Translations under genes and position numbers: made by a program | Part shown: positions 50,508 to 60,458 of the stretch, one piece after another | How the letters are laid out: every line of letters begins with the position of its first letter | Numbering within the stretch: position 1 is the stretch's first letter | Notes under the pieces: model-generated | What the model was told of the DNA's origin: nothing | What the model saw: only the letters and a program-made list of their open reading frames with translations | The model's database searches: none | NCBI GenBank assembly: GCA_963812605.1 | Contig: CAWEWF010000013.1 | Coordinates: 30,735 to 94,734, forward strand | Origin: an uncultured Verrucomicrobiae bacterium | GTDB taxonomy: Bacteria > Verrucomicrobiota > Verrucomicrobiia > Palsa-1439 | Length of the DNA: 64,000 nucleotides | Direction: 5' to 3'

Positions 50508-53500
50508 ATGGTTGAGAAAATCATCGAGTTCAGCGCCAAAAACAAATACCTCGTCATGATTGTCGTGGTGGCCGCGATGGCGGCGGCCACCTGGTGCGTG
50601 AAGAACCTTCGTCTGGATGCGATTCCCGATTTGAGCGACACGCAAGTGATCGTGTTCAGCCGCTGGGACCGCAGCCCCGACATCATCGAAGATCAAGTCA
50701 CTTACCCAATCGTCACCGCGCTGCTCGGCGCGCCCAGGATCAAGGCGATCCGCGGCTTCTCGGATTTCGGATATTCGTATGTGTACGTGATTTTCGAGGA
50801 TGGCACCGACATCTACTGGGCCCGCTCGCGGGTCATCGAATATCTGAGCAAAATCACCCCCCGGCTGCCCCAAGGTGTTCAAACCGAAATGGGACCCGAC
50901 GCGACCAGCGTGGGTTGGGTGTACCAGTATGCGCTGGTTGACAAGTCCGGCAAACAGAACCTGGCTCAACTTCGCAGCCTCCAGGACTGGTATCTGCGCT
51001 ACAACTTGCAGGCTGTTCCCGGTGTCTCCGAGGTGGCTGCGGTCGGCGGGTTTCAGAAACAGTACCAGGTCAACGTCGATCCCGACCTGCTATTGGCCTA
51101 CAACATCCCCTTGACGCAGGTCATCGATGCCGTTCGCAAAGGAAATAACGACGTGGGCGGGCGGTTGCTGGAGTTCGCGGGCACGGAGTTCATGGTGCGC
51201 GCGCGCGGCTACGTGAAATCGGTCGATGACCTGGAAAAGATCGTGGTCGGCGTCGATGCCAAATCCGGCACGCCGATACTCCTTAAGCAAGTTGCGCATG
51301 TGGCTCTCGGCCCGGATCTACGGCGCGGCGTGTCTGACCTCGACGGCGAGGGAGACACCGTAGGCGGCATCATCGTGATGCGGCAGGGTGAGAATGCGTT
51401 GAACGTCATCCAGCGCGTCAAAGCCAAGCTGGAAGATTTGAAGCCCACACTGCCCGAGGGCGTGGAAGTGGTGACCACCTACGACCGTTCGGAGTTGATC
51501 GAGCGTTCGATCCACACGCTAAAGCATTCCCTGATTGAGGAAATGATCATTGTCAGCATCGTCATCCTGATTTTCCTTTGGCATGTGCCTTCGGCCATCA
51601 TTCCCATCGTTACCATTCCCATTTCGGTGTTTCTGGCGTTCATCCCGTTTTATTTGATGGGATTGACCGCGAACATCATGTCTTTGGCCGGCATCGCCAT
51701 TTCCATCGGCGTCCTGGTGGACGGCGCGATTGTGGAGGTCGAAAACGCCTACAATAAACTGGAACAGTGGCAATCGGGCGGGCGCGTTGGGGATTACCAT
51801 GCCATCCGGCTGCAAGCGCTGAAGGAAGTGGGTCCGGCGGTGTTTTTCTCGCTGCTGGTGATCGCCGTGGCGTTTTTGCCGGTGTTCACTCTGGTTGATC
51901 AGGAAGGGCGGCTGTTCAAGCCGCTCGCATTCTCCAAGAATCTGGCGATGGCTTTGGCGGCGGTGCTGGCGATCACTCTGGATCCCGCTTTGCGCATGAT
52001 GTTCACACGGATGGATTATCATCAGTTCCAGCCCCGCTGGCTGAGTTGGCTGGTCAATACGGTAACCGTCGGGAAGTATTATCCGGAAGAGAAACACCCT
52101 GTCAGTCGCGTGCTCTTTCGAATTTACGGGCCGGCCTGTCGCTGGGTGCTGGAGCATCGCCAGATCACTCTCGGCGTTGTTCTGGTTTTGTTGATCTCAA
52201 CCATCCCGGTTTACTTCAAGCTAGGGCACGAGTTCATGCCGCCGCTGAACGAAGGCGCGTACCTCTACATGCCAACCGCGCTGCCGGGTATGTCGGTGAC
52301 AGAAGCGCAAAGGATTTTACAAATTCAAGACAGGATATTGAAGGGGTTTCCCGAGGTTGACACCGTGTTCGGCAAAGCGGGGCGCGCGGATTCCTCGACT
52401 GACCCCGCGCCGTTTTCGATGGTGGAGACCACGGTGACTCTCAAGCCCGAAAACCAATGGCGCACTGTGAAACGCTGGTACTCCAACTGGCCGCGGCCGT
52501 TCCGCTCGCTGTTTTCTTACTTCGTGCCCGAGCACCTTACGTTTGAGGAATTGCGGGACGAGATGAACGAAAAGCTGCGGTTTCCGGGTATCCCCAACAT
52601 TTGGACCATGCCGATTAAAAATCGCATCGACATGCTCTCCACCGGCGTGCGCACGCCGATTGGAATCAAAGTCCTGGGTCCCGACCTCAAAGTCGTTCAA
52701 AAAATCGGGGAAGACCTGGAGAACATCATCCGTGATATTCGCGGCACCCGCACAGTGCTGGCCGAACGCACGGCCGGCGGCTACTATCTCGATTTCGTGC
52801 TCAAACGCGATGAACTGGCCCGTTACGGACTCAGCGTTCAAGACGCGCAGGAGACCATCATGGCGGCCATCGGGGGTGAAAACGTGACCACCGCCATCGA
52901 AGGGCTCGAACGCTACAGCGTGAACGTGCGCTATGCGCGAGACTTCCGTGACGACGTGGAAAAGCTCAAGCGCGTGCTGGTGCCCACCTCTACCGGCGCG
53001 CACATTCCCCTGGCCGAACTGGCTGACATCCGCATGCTCGAAGGGCCGTCCATGATTCGCAACGAGAACGGCCAGCTTGCCGGCTATGTCTTCGTGGACA
53101 TGGTCGGTCGCGATATTGGAGGCTATGTTGACGAGGCAAAGAAGCGCGTTCAGCAGAATCTCAGAATGCCCAAGGGCTATACGCTCATCTGGAGCGGCCA
53201 GTACGAGAATATGGCCCGAGTCACCCAGCGACTAAAAGTGGTTTTGCCGCTGACCGTTTTCCTGATCGCCCTGCTGCTCTACGCAAACACCAAGTCGGCG
53301 GTGAAGGCCGGTATCGTCATGCTGGCCGTGCCGTTCTCACTCGTGGGCGCAGTCTGGCTGCTATATCTGCTGCACTACAACATCTCCATCGCTGTGTGGG
53401 TCGGGATGATCGCGCTCATGGGACTGGACGCAGAGACGGGGGTATTCATGCTGCTGTTCCTCGACCTCGCCTACGAAGACCGCGTTCGCAAGGGCCAGAT

Positions 53501-53804
53501 GCGCACCTATAAGGACCTGGAGGAAGCGATCATGCACGGCGCAGTCAAACGCATCCGGCCCAAGATGATGACCGTCACCGCCATGTTCATGGGACTGCTG
53601 CCGATTATGTGGTCGCTGGGCGCGGGCGCGGATATGATGAAGCGCGTCGCCGCGCCGATGGTGGGCGGAGTGTTCACTTCCTTCATCCTCGAATTGCTCG
53701 TTTATCCGGTTCTTTATTCCATCTGGAAGTGGCGGTTTGTGATGAAGAAAGGCTCGGTCGTCCCGCAGCCGAAGGAGATCGCCGCCCACGGTCACACGCT
53801 CTAA
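50508..53804 (+). CDS. cusA: HME-RND Cu(I)/Ag(I) efflux pump CusA
   Basis: LDAIPDLSDTQVI, GPDATSVGWVYQY, GHEFMPPLNEG..LYMP, IKNRIDMLSTG, RIRPKMMT. Confidence 0.95.
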   Translation: MVEKIIEFSAKNKYLVMIVVVAAMAAATWCVKNLRLDAIPDLSDTQVIVFSRWDRSPDIIEDQVTYPIVTALLGAPRIKAIRGFSDFGYSYVYVIFEDGTDIYWARSRVIEYLSKITPRLPQGVQTEMGPDATSVGWVYQYALVDKSGKQNLAQLRSLQDWYLRYNLQAVPGVSEVAAVGGFQKQYQVNVDPDLLLAYNIPLTQVIDAVRKGNNDVGGRLLEFAGTEFMVRARGYVKSVDDLEKIVVGVDAKSGTPILLKQVAHVALGPDLRRGVSDLDGEGDTVGGIIVMRQGENALNVIQRVKAKLEDLKPTLPEGVEVVTTYDRSELIERSIHTLKHSLIEEMIIVSIVILIFLWHVPSAIIPIVTIPISVFLAFIPFYLMGLTANIMSLAGIAISIGVLVDGAIVEVENAYNKLEQWQSGGRVGDYHAIRLQALKEVGPAVFFSLLVIAVAFLPVFTLVDQEGRLFKPLAFSKNLAMALAAVLAITLDPALRMMFTRMDYHQFQPRWLSWLVNTVTVGKYYPEEKHPVSRVLFRIYGPACRWVLEHRQITLGVVLVLLISTIPVYFKLGHEFMPPLNEGAYLYMPTALPGMSVTEAQRILQIQDRILKGFPEVDTVFGKAGRADSSTDPAPFSMVETTVTLKPENQWRTVKRWYSNWPRPFRSLFSYFVPEHLTFEELRDEMNEKLRFPGIPNIWTMPIKNRIDMLSTGVRTPIGIKVLGPDLKVVQKIGEDLENIIRDIRGTRTVLAERTAGGYYLDFVLKRDELARYGLSVQDAQETIMAAIGGENVTTAIEGLERYSVNVRYARDFRDDVEKLKRVLVPTSTGAHIPLAELADIRMLEGPSMIRNENGQLAGYVFVDMVGRDIGGYVDEAKKRVQQNLRMPKGYTLIWSGQYENMARVTQRLKVVLPLTVFLIALLLYANTKSAVKAGIVMLAVPFSLVGAVWLLYLLHYNISIAVWVGMIALMGLDAETGVFMLLFLDLAYEDRVRKGQMRTYKDLEEAIMHGAVKRIRPKMMTVTAMFMGLLPIMWSLGAGADMMKRVAAPMVGGVFTSFILELLVYPVLYSIWKWRFVMKKGSVVPQPKEIAAHGHTL

Positions 53805-53909
53805 CGCATATTCACCTTGTTCCTGATGGAACTTCTCGTCTATCCCGCCATTTACCTGCTGTGGAAATGGCACAAAGAGGTGAAGTGGACTGCTGTCCGA
53901 GAGAATTAA
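53805..53909 (+). pseudogene. Relic 3' end of a second cusA paralog
   Basis: RIFTLFLMELLVYPAIYLLWKWHKEVK... versus CusA VFTSFILELLVYPVLYSIWKWRFVMK. Confidence 0.8.
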
Positions 53910-56449
53910 TCGTCGTCGGTCTTGTCTTTGCCATGGACGAAGACGAAGCCGGCGTGGGTGGGCGCGGGCACGGGGGAATCTTCGCCACGGACAGATTGCC
54001 AGATGACCTTGTTTAGCAGCAGGTCATCGACGGCGTCCTCCCGGGAAAAATCCATGGTCCGCGACGCCTTTTCGCCCCAGGACAACTTCGTATTCTTTTG
54101 TTCCAAATCAAAGCGGGCGGGGCGGGCGTTGTAGGGGTGCAGATCGGGGGCACTTTGGAACGCATTGAACATCGGTATGGTGGCAGCGTCATACTGCGAC
54201 ATGGGTTTCAGTCCGAGAATCAGTTCGATCGTCCGCAGCATGCTGCTGGTCGAGTACAGGGTCGAATCGACGAGACGACGTTTCATGTACGGGCTGACGA
54301 CAAACGCCAGCGTCCGGTGCGCGTCAACATGGTCGGCCCCATTCTGCGCGTCGTCTTCCACGACAAAGATGGCGGTTTGCGGCCAGAACGGTGAATGGCT
54401 GATGCCCTCGATGATTCGTCCCAACGCAAGATCGTTGTCCGCAACACAGGCGCTGGGTGTTCTCTTATTCAGCCGCACGCCGTAGGTGTGATCGCCGGGC
54501 AACCGGATCACTTGCAGGCGCGGCATGTCGCCTTCACCCTCGAATCGTTTCAGTTCCTCCAGGAAACGGTCCGCGCGTTTCGCGTCCCGGTAATCCAGGT
54601 CGAAGCCGCGATACATTTCATCAATATGGCCGCGCAAGGCTTTCACACGCGGGACGCACGGATCGTCCGCTGTTTTTCCGTTGGAGACAAATTCGCCGTA
54701 ACTGCGGTAGCTCAGGCCGGCTTCCGCCGCGCGGTCCCAGAGATAACCGCCGGCGGGCGCAGCCATGGGAACAACTCCCTCGGCGGGATAAAGATACTTC
54801 TCGCGCTGGTTGTGGCCGTACTCGAGCGGCCAGGTCTTTTGCACGAAATCGCTCGCATACGCCCCCATCGTCCATTCGTGGCCGTCCGCGCTGACTTCGG
54901 CATCAGCGTAAAAATTGTCAAAGAGGACAAACTCGCGGGCCAATTGATGGTGGTTTGGTGAAACTTCTTCCGGAAACAAACAAAGGTTCGTATCGCCGTT
55001 GCCCTCCGGCAGGTCGCCCAGGACCTGATCGTAGGTGCGGTTCTCCTTGATGATATAGAAACAGTATTTGATCGGGCTCGGATCACCGGATTTGAGCGGA
55101 ATCGGGCTGTCAGTCGGACGGACGGCGGAGACTGTCGCGTCCGGCTTGAGTGGACTGCAACGATAGGCTTCGACCGTGTCGGCCACGAGCTGCTTTTCGA
55201 ACACCTTCCGCTCCGGTAGATCGATCACACTCAACGTCCCGCGCAGAAGTTCGGCAATATATTGCGGCAGCGTTTCCGCTTTGGTTTTTCGACCCGGCTG
55301 CGGCCCGTCCGGGTTCGCCATGGGAATAACTCCCCTGCCGTTGCTGACCAGCAAATGCCGGCCGTTGGGTGTCACGCGGACGGAAGTGGGATACCATCCA
55401 ACGGGAATGAAGCCGAGCGAATGACTGTGACCCGGCTCGCTCACGTCGAACACAGCGAGGTTGTTGTTGTCCGCGTTGGCCACGAACAGCGTCCTTTCGT
55501 CCGGCGTTAATGCCAGGCTGTTGGGAGTGGAGCCGGGAGGCCAGTTGGGATAAAGCGAGGCGGTCAACGTTTCCAGCATCTTGCCCGTCCGGGTGTCGAA
55601 AACAGTCACGGTGTTGCGGTTGGCGTTGGCGACGAACAGGATCCTGCCCGAAGCCGTGAGCAGCATTTCGTTGGGATGTTCTTCCGTCGGCCAGCGGGCG
55701 ATCACTTGCTGCGACTTTAGATCGATGACGGCAATCTGGGCATTACCCCAGAGACTGACATAGAGTTGTTGACGCCGATTGTCCAGGCAGCAGGCGTAAG
55801 GGAAAACGCCGGTGTGATTCACTTCGGTTTCGACAGCTTTGCCCGCCGTTGTGACGGTCTCAAATCCAAATCCGGCTGGCGTCAGGGGAATATCGATGAC
55901 CTTTTCTTTCTTCAAATCGATTTCGGATACGCTCTGACCATACAAGTTCGCCACGCAAAGCCGTTTGGCGCCGGCATCCAGGGCCAGCCCGGCGGGAATG
56001 CCAACATCCTTGATGTCGCGCAGACGAATGTCCTGCTGATGGGACAAGAGCCCGTCCTTGAAATGGAAACTATGGATCACTTCTTCGCTGGCGCCGCTGC
56101 AGAACAGGCGCGAGCCGTTGCGGGAAAAAACGATCCCATAGAAAGCTTCCTCGAGTGGCACGTTGGTCACGACCTTTTCCGTCGCGAGGTCCACAACCAT
56201 GATTCCATGATGGCTGTAGCCGGTATGCAGAATCGCAGCGAACCGGCCCTGGGGATGCACGGCAATATTAATCGGGAAATCGCCCAATTCGATTTGTCGT
56301 CCCACCGGACGCAGTGACCACTGGTTGGGCAACAAAACGGAACCATCGGCTTGTTGACCGGGCAATTGGACCGGCGGCTTGTTGTCTTTCGCGGTCGAAC
56401 CGATTGCGCTCGTGAAAAGAATAATCAGGCCCAGTGTGAGTTTGCTCAT
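53906..56449 (-). CDS. Secreted YncE-type beta-propeller / phosphoesterase (alkaline-phosphatase-fold) protein
   Basis: YVTN-like repeats, IPVGWYPT, YIIKENRTYDQVLGD, SADGH.W, EDDAQNG.DHVDAHR. Confidence 0.9.
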   Translation of the reverse strand: MSKLTLGLIILFTSAIGSTAKDNKPPVQLPGQQADGSVLLPNQWSLRPVGRQIELGDFPINIAVHPQGRFAAILHTGYSHHGIMVVDLATEKVVTNVPLEEAFYGIVFSRNGSRLFCSGASEEVIHSFHFKDGLLSHQQDIRLRDIKDVGIPAGLALDAGAKRLCVANLYGQSVSEIDLKKEKVIDIPLTPAGFGFETVTTAGKAVETEVNHTGVFPYACCLDNRRQQLYVSLWGNAQIAVIDLKSQQVIARWPTEEHPNEMLLTASGRILFVANANRNTVTVFDTRTGKMLETLTASLYPNWPPGSTPNSLALTPDERTLFVANADNNNLAVFDVSEPGHSHSLGFIPVGWYPTSVRVTPNGRHLLVSNGRGVIPMANPDGPQPGRKTKAETLPQYIAELLRGTLSVIDLPERKVFEKQLVADTVEAYRCSPLKPDATVSAVRPTDSPIPLKSGDPSPIKYCFYIIKENRTYDQVLGDLPEGNGDTNLCLFPEEVSPNHHQLAREFVLFDNFYADAEVSADGHEWTMGAYASDFVQKTWPLEYGHNQREKYLYPAEGVVPMAAPAGGYLWDRAAEAGLSYRSYGEFVSNGKTADDPCVPRVKALRGHIDEMYRGFDLDYRDAKRADRFLEELKRFEGEGDMPRLQVIRLPGDHTYGVRLNKRTPSACVADNDLALGRIIEGISHSPFWPQTAIFVVEDDAQNGADHVDAHRTLAFVVSPYMKRRLVDSTLYSTSSMLRTIELILGLKPMSQYDAATIPMFNAFQSAPDLHPYNARPARFDLEQKNTKLSWGEKASRTMDFSREDAVDDLLLNKVIWQSVRGEDSPVPAPTHAGFVFVHGKDKTDDD

Positions 56450-57804
56450 GTAGATGTTGAATCCTCATAGCCATGTGCTTTTGCCGGCCACGCGGCGACA
56501 AACAGCAAAGTCCCCACAATGGAGATAATTAACAAACCGCGAAACGCCGCGTCCCAGCCGTAATGCTGCACCAGCGCGCCGATACCCCAACCGGAAAGCC
56601 ACGTGCTCGCATAACCAAAGATGCTGGTCAAACCGATGGCGGTGGCAGCGGCGCGTTTGGTGGCGAGATTGGCGCACGCGATGGCCAGCAGGCATTGCGG
56701 GCCATAGACAAAGAAGCCAATGGCGCAAAGCAAGCTCGTGGTCAAGAACCGCGATTGCGCGGGAATTTTCCAGAACAGCAACACCGAAACTCCGGCCAGG
56801 GCCATGTAGACGACGCAGGCGCGCACGGTGCGTCCGCCGAGAAACCGGTCCGAAAACCAACCGCCAAACATCGCGCCAATAAACCCGAACACTTCAAAGC
56901 CGGCGATCATCCATTTGGAGTCAACGATCTGAATGTGCTTGGCCTCCATCATGATGGTGGTTCCCCAATCGAACACGGCGTAGCGGAGGGTGTACACGAA
57001 GAAATTCGCCAGTGAGAGAAGCCAAATGTACTTGTTGCAAAAGACGTGCTGTCGCACAAAAGCTTTGAAGTCCTCCTCGGAGCCCGTTTCCCCATCGGCC
57101 ATTTCTGTGCCCTCCACTTCCGGTAATCCGACCGACGGCGGTGTGTCCGGGAGCATAAACCAGGTGACGATCGCCACGACAAGGGCAATGGCCGCGGGAA
57201 CGAAAAAACAAGGTCGCCAACCGTCCACGACGAGAAATCCGCAGAGCAGGACAATCAGGATGCTGCCGATGTTGTGGGAAGAATTCCAGATGGAGAATTT
57301 GGTCGCAAGCTGTTTGGGCGGAAACCAGTTGGCCATCAATCGCGCGCAGGGCGGAAAGCCCATGCCTTGAAACCAGCCGTTAAGCATCCAGATGACAATG
57401 AAAACCACGAGAGTAGAACTGAGCCCGAACCAGATATTCAGGAGCGCGGAAGCGATCAGGGCCGTGGCCATGAAGACGCAGGCATTCGCGCGATCGGCCA
57501 GAAAACCATTGAGGAACTTGGAAAGGCCGTACACCATCCCGTGCAGCGAGAGAATCAGTCCGAGGCCTTGCTTGGAAATGCCCAGGTCCTTGCCGATGAT
57601 GGGTTGAACGACGCTGAAGTTTTTGCGGACGAAATAAAACGTCGCGTAGCCGATGATGGAGAAAATGAGGACCCGGGTTTGCCAGTGCCGGTATTTGTCC
57701 GAGATCTCCTTGGGATCCGTCAGCGTGACCGCGGCAGGAGGAGCCGGTTGGAAAATATTCAGGAACGTGCCGCGGGGCTTTGGGGCTGCCAATTGATAGT
57801 CCAA
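56446..57804 (-). CDS. MFS organophosphate:phosphate antiporter (GlpT/UhpT family)
   Basis: GYATFYFVRKN, YGLSKF..G..AD, NGWFQGMGFPP, WNSSHN.G, YGPQ; probable TTG start at 57804 after GGAG. Confidence 0.9.
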   Translation of the reverse strand: MDYQLAAPKPRGTFLNIFQPAPPAAVTLTDPKEISDKYRHWQTRVLIFSIIGYATFYFVRKNFSVVQPIIGKDLGISKQGLGLILSLHGMVYGLSKFLNGFLADRANACVFMATALIASALLNIWFGLSSTLVVFIVIWMLNGWFQGMGFPPCARLMANWFPPKQLATKFSIWNSSHNIGSILIVLLCGFLVVDGWRPCFFVPAAIALVVAIVTWFMLPDTPPSVGLPEVEGTEMADGETGSEEDFKAFVRQHVFCNKYIWLLSLANFFVYTLRYAVFDWGTTIMMEAKHIQIVDSKWMIAGFEVFGFIGAMFGGWFSDRFLGGRTVRACVVYMALAGVSVLLFWKIPAQSRFLTTSLLCAIGFFVYGPQCLLAIACANLATKRAAATAIGLTSIFGYASTWLSGWGIGALVQHYGWDAAFRGLLIISIVGTLLFVAAWPAKAHGYEDSTST

Positions 57805-57924
57805 GGTCTGCTCCGTCTCAAAACGCCAAGGACACACGATTGAAGCGATTTCGTCAAGTTTCAACCCATACCAACCCGGTGTTGCCGAAGCCGGTCTGCG
57901 CATGCCATAACTGTCCGAACCGTT

Positions 57925-60117
57925 GTGGTTATCCTTTTTACAGTCACGATCTTTGTCGGCGCCGCGCTGCTGTTTTTGGTGCAGCCGATGTTTACACGAA
58001 TGGTGTTGCCGCTGCTCGGCGGGTCGCCCGCGGTATGGAACACCTCGCTCGTCTTCTATCAGGCCGCATTGTTGGCCGGCTACGCGTACGCTCATGTGAC
58101 GACCCGCTGGCTGGGGGTGCGCAAGCAGGTGATGCTGCACCTGGCGATCTTGCTCGTGCCGCTGTTTCTCTTGCCGATTGCCATCCCGCGCGGTTGGTTG
58201 CCGTCAGCTCAGGGCAGCCCAATCCCGTGGTTGCTGGTGGTGCTGGCAGTCTCGGCGGGATTGCCTTTTTTTGCCGTGTCAGCCACGAGTCCGCTGCTGC
58301 AACGGTGGTTCACCGCCAGCGGCCATCGATCCGCGTCGGATCCATACTTCCTCTATGCCGCGAGCAATCTCGGCAGCCTGCTGGCGTTGGCCAGTTACCC
58401 CACAATCGTCGAACGGCGCTGGGGACTTGTCCAACAAAGCCGCTGGTGGTCGGTGGGCTACGTGGCGCTGCTGGTGTTGACGGCGATCTGCGGATTGTGC
58501 GCGCGCCGCCGCGCCGCCGATGATGGCATTGCCGGAGCCGCCGCCGAACCTTCGGCCATACCGCTGCCGCTCCTGCGACGCCTGCGCTGGCTGCTGTTGG
58601 CGTTTGTGCCGTGCAGTTTGATGTTGAGCGTCACGACCTACATAACCAACGAGGTCGCGCCGATCCCTCTTCTCTGGGTAATCCCGCTGGGCATCTACCT
58701 GCTAACATTTGTCCTCGTCTTCGCGCGTCGCCGTCTGGTGTCGCACGTGTGGATGGTGCGGGCACTCCCGCTCGTTGTCCTGGCGGTGCTCTGGACGATG
58801 GTCGGCCTGTTGCTGGGGCAGGCGATGGAACCGTTGGACTGCCTGATTGCGTTGCACCTCCTGGCGTTGTTCGTGGTAGCGATGGTCTGCCACGGCGAGC
58901 TGGCCAATGACCGTCCACCGGGATGGCAATTGACTGAATTCTACCTGTGGATCTCGGCCGGAGGAGTGCTGGGCGGGATGTTCAATGCGCTGTTGGCGCC
59001 GTGGCTGTTCCCGATGGTCCTCGAATACCCAATCACACTCGTCCTGGCCTGCGCGCTGATGCCGCGTCGCGCTTCCGCAACCCCCGGCTGCTACGGGTAT
59101 TTCGGGGACGTTGCCTGGCCCGTGGCGCTCGGCCTTTTCACCGCGGGCCTCATCGTGATTCTCAACCACGTACCGTTCGAAACGCGTTGGCTCGGTTCCA
59201 CGCTCGCCTTCGGAATACCGTCGGTGCTCTGTCTGGCGTTCTCCCGTCGTCCGCTCCGACTGGCGTTGGGCGTTACCGCCATCCTGTTGGTCATTACGTT
59301 GCCGCCCTGGGCCCGCTCCCGTCCCGTTTATCGTGCCCGCAGCTTCTTCGGGATTCATCAGGTTATTGTCGATGGCGAATACCACTCCTTGAAACACGGT
59401 TCAACCGTGCACGGTGTCCAAAGCACCGACCCCGCTCGCCGCCGCGAACCGCTTTCCTACTACTCGCGACCCGGGCCGCTGGGGGAACTGCTCGCGGCGG
59501 TGCCGACCGCCTTGAAGCAACGCGTCGGAGTCGTCGGCCTCGGCGCGGGCACGGTCGCCTGTTACGGGGAACGCGGCCAGCAATGGACCTTCTACGAGAT
59601 CGATCCCACCGTGGAACGCATCGCGCGCGACCCGCGGTATTTCACCTTCCTCGCCGACTGCCCGGCGGATGTCACCGTTGTGCTCGGCGATGCGCGGCTG
59701 TCGCTCCAACGCGCTCCCGACGGCCAATTCGGCGTGCTGATTCTCGACGCCTACAATTCCGACTCGTTGCCCATGCATCTCATCACTCGCGAGGCGCTGG
59801 CTCTCTATCTGCGCAAACTCGCGCCCGACGGCGTCCTCGCCTTTCATATCAGCACCCGCCACCTCGACCTCAAATCGGTCCTCGCCAACCTCGCCCTCGA
59901 CGCGCATTTGTACGCGCTGCACATGAACGATTTCACCGGCAACTCCGGCCACGCGCAAGGCCGCTTCTCTTCCCGCTGGCTGGTGATGACCCGCACTCCC
60001 GCGTCCGTCGAATCTCTTCTCGCCACCGGCTACTGGCAACCCCCGCGTCCCCAACCCGCCGTCGGCGTCTGGACCGACGACCACGCCAGCCTCTTCCGCG
60101 TCTGGAGCTGGTACTGA
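57925..60117 (+). CDS. Fused membrane / spermidine-synthase-like SAM-dependent protein
   Basis: LLF.VQPM, GGSPAVW, PY.LYA.SN.GS, CHGEL, HG.T.HG.Q, VGLGAG, YEIDP, WTDD. Confidence 0.9.
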   Translation: MVILFTVTIFVGAALLFLVQPMFTRMVLPLLGGSPAVWNTSLVFYQAALLAGYAYAHVTTRWLGVRKQVMLHLAILLVPLFLLPIAIPRGWLPSAQGSPIPWLLVVLAVSAGLPFFAVSATSPLLQRWFTASGHRSASDPYFLYAASNLGSLLALASYPTIVERRWGLVQQSRWWSVGYVALLVLTAICGLCARRRAADDGIAGAAAEPSAIPLPLLRRLRWLLLAFVPCSLMLSVTTYITNEVAPIPLLWVIPLGIYLLTFVLVFARRRLVSHVWMVRALPLVVLAVLWTMVGLLLGQAMEPLDCLIALHLLALFVVAMVCHGELANDRPPGWQLTEFYLWISAGGVLGGMFNALLAPWLFPMVLEYPITLVLACALMPRRASATPGCYGYFGDVAWPVALGLFTAGLIVILNHVPFETRWLGSTLAFGIPSVLCLAFSRRPLRLALGVTAILLVITLPPWARSRPVYRARSFFGIHQVIVDGEYHSLKHGSTVHGVQSTDPARRREPLSYYSRPGPLGELLAAVPTALKQRVGVVGLGAGTVACYGERGQQWTFYEIDPTVERIARDPRYFTFLADCPADVTVVLGDARLSLQRAPDGQFGVLILDAYNSDSLPMHLITREALALYLRKLAPDGVLAFHISTRHLDLKSVLANLALDAHLYALHMNDFTGNSGHAQGRFSSRWLVMTRTPASVESLLATGYWQPPRPQPAVGVWTDDHASLFRVWSWY

Positions 60118-60148
60118 CTCGTTCGTCCGCCGTCCCTCTCCTAAAAGT

Positions 60149-60175
60149 TGTCATCCTGAGCTTGTCGAAGGATCT
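60149..60175. repeat. REP-like GTCATCCTGAGCTTGTCGAAGGATCT motif
   Basis: Imperfect palindrome typical of dispersed intergenic repeats. Confidence 0.45.
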
Positions 60176-60220
60176 CTGTCGTGCTCCGACCACCAGCGGC
60201 CTCTCTTGGAATTCCCAAAA

Positions 60221-60448
60221 AAACGAACCCGTTTACAAAACCCACTCTCTCCTCGCCTAACCCATTCTCCATCTGATGGATACATGCTGTTTTCCGACGT
60301 AAACAAAACGGGTTCGTTTCGCAGAAACGCATGTTTTTAAGCCCCAATCCTCCCTGGAAAAAACGCCCTGTCTCCCCTCATTCAAAGAACCGAACGGATC
60401 ATACCGAACCCACAACACCGTGTCCAGTAAAATTATCGATTCTCGATA
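60221..60448 (-). repeat. Dispersed palindrome-promoter-IR element, copy C
   Basis: TATCG-N5-CGATA 60434-60448; TGGACA-N17-TATGAT on the minus strand (60426-60398); 14-bp IR 60221-60234 / 60306-60319. Confidence 0.82.
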
Positions 60449-60458
60449 GGCAGGTAGA

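Noticed and set aside
60141-60347. MxFCETNP small-peptide family encoded by the IR element
   Set aside because: An ATG is present in copies A and C but not B, and similarity is mostly limited to the IR arms; better explained by nucleotide-level constraint, though not excluded
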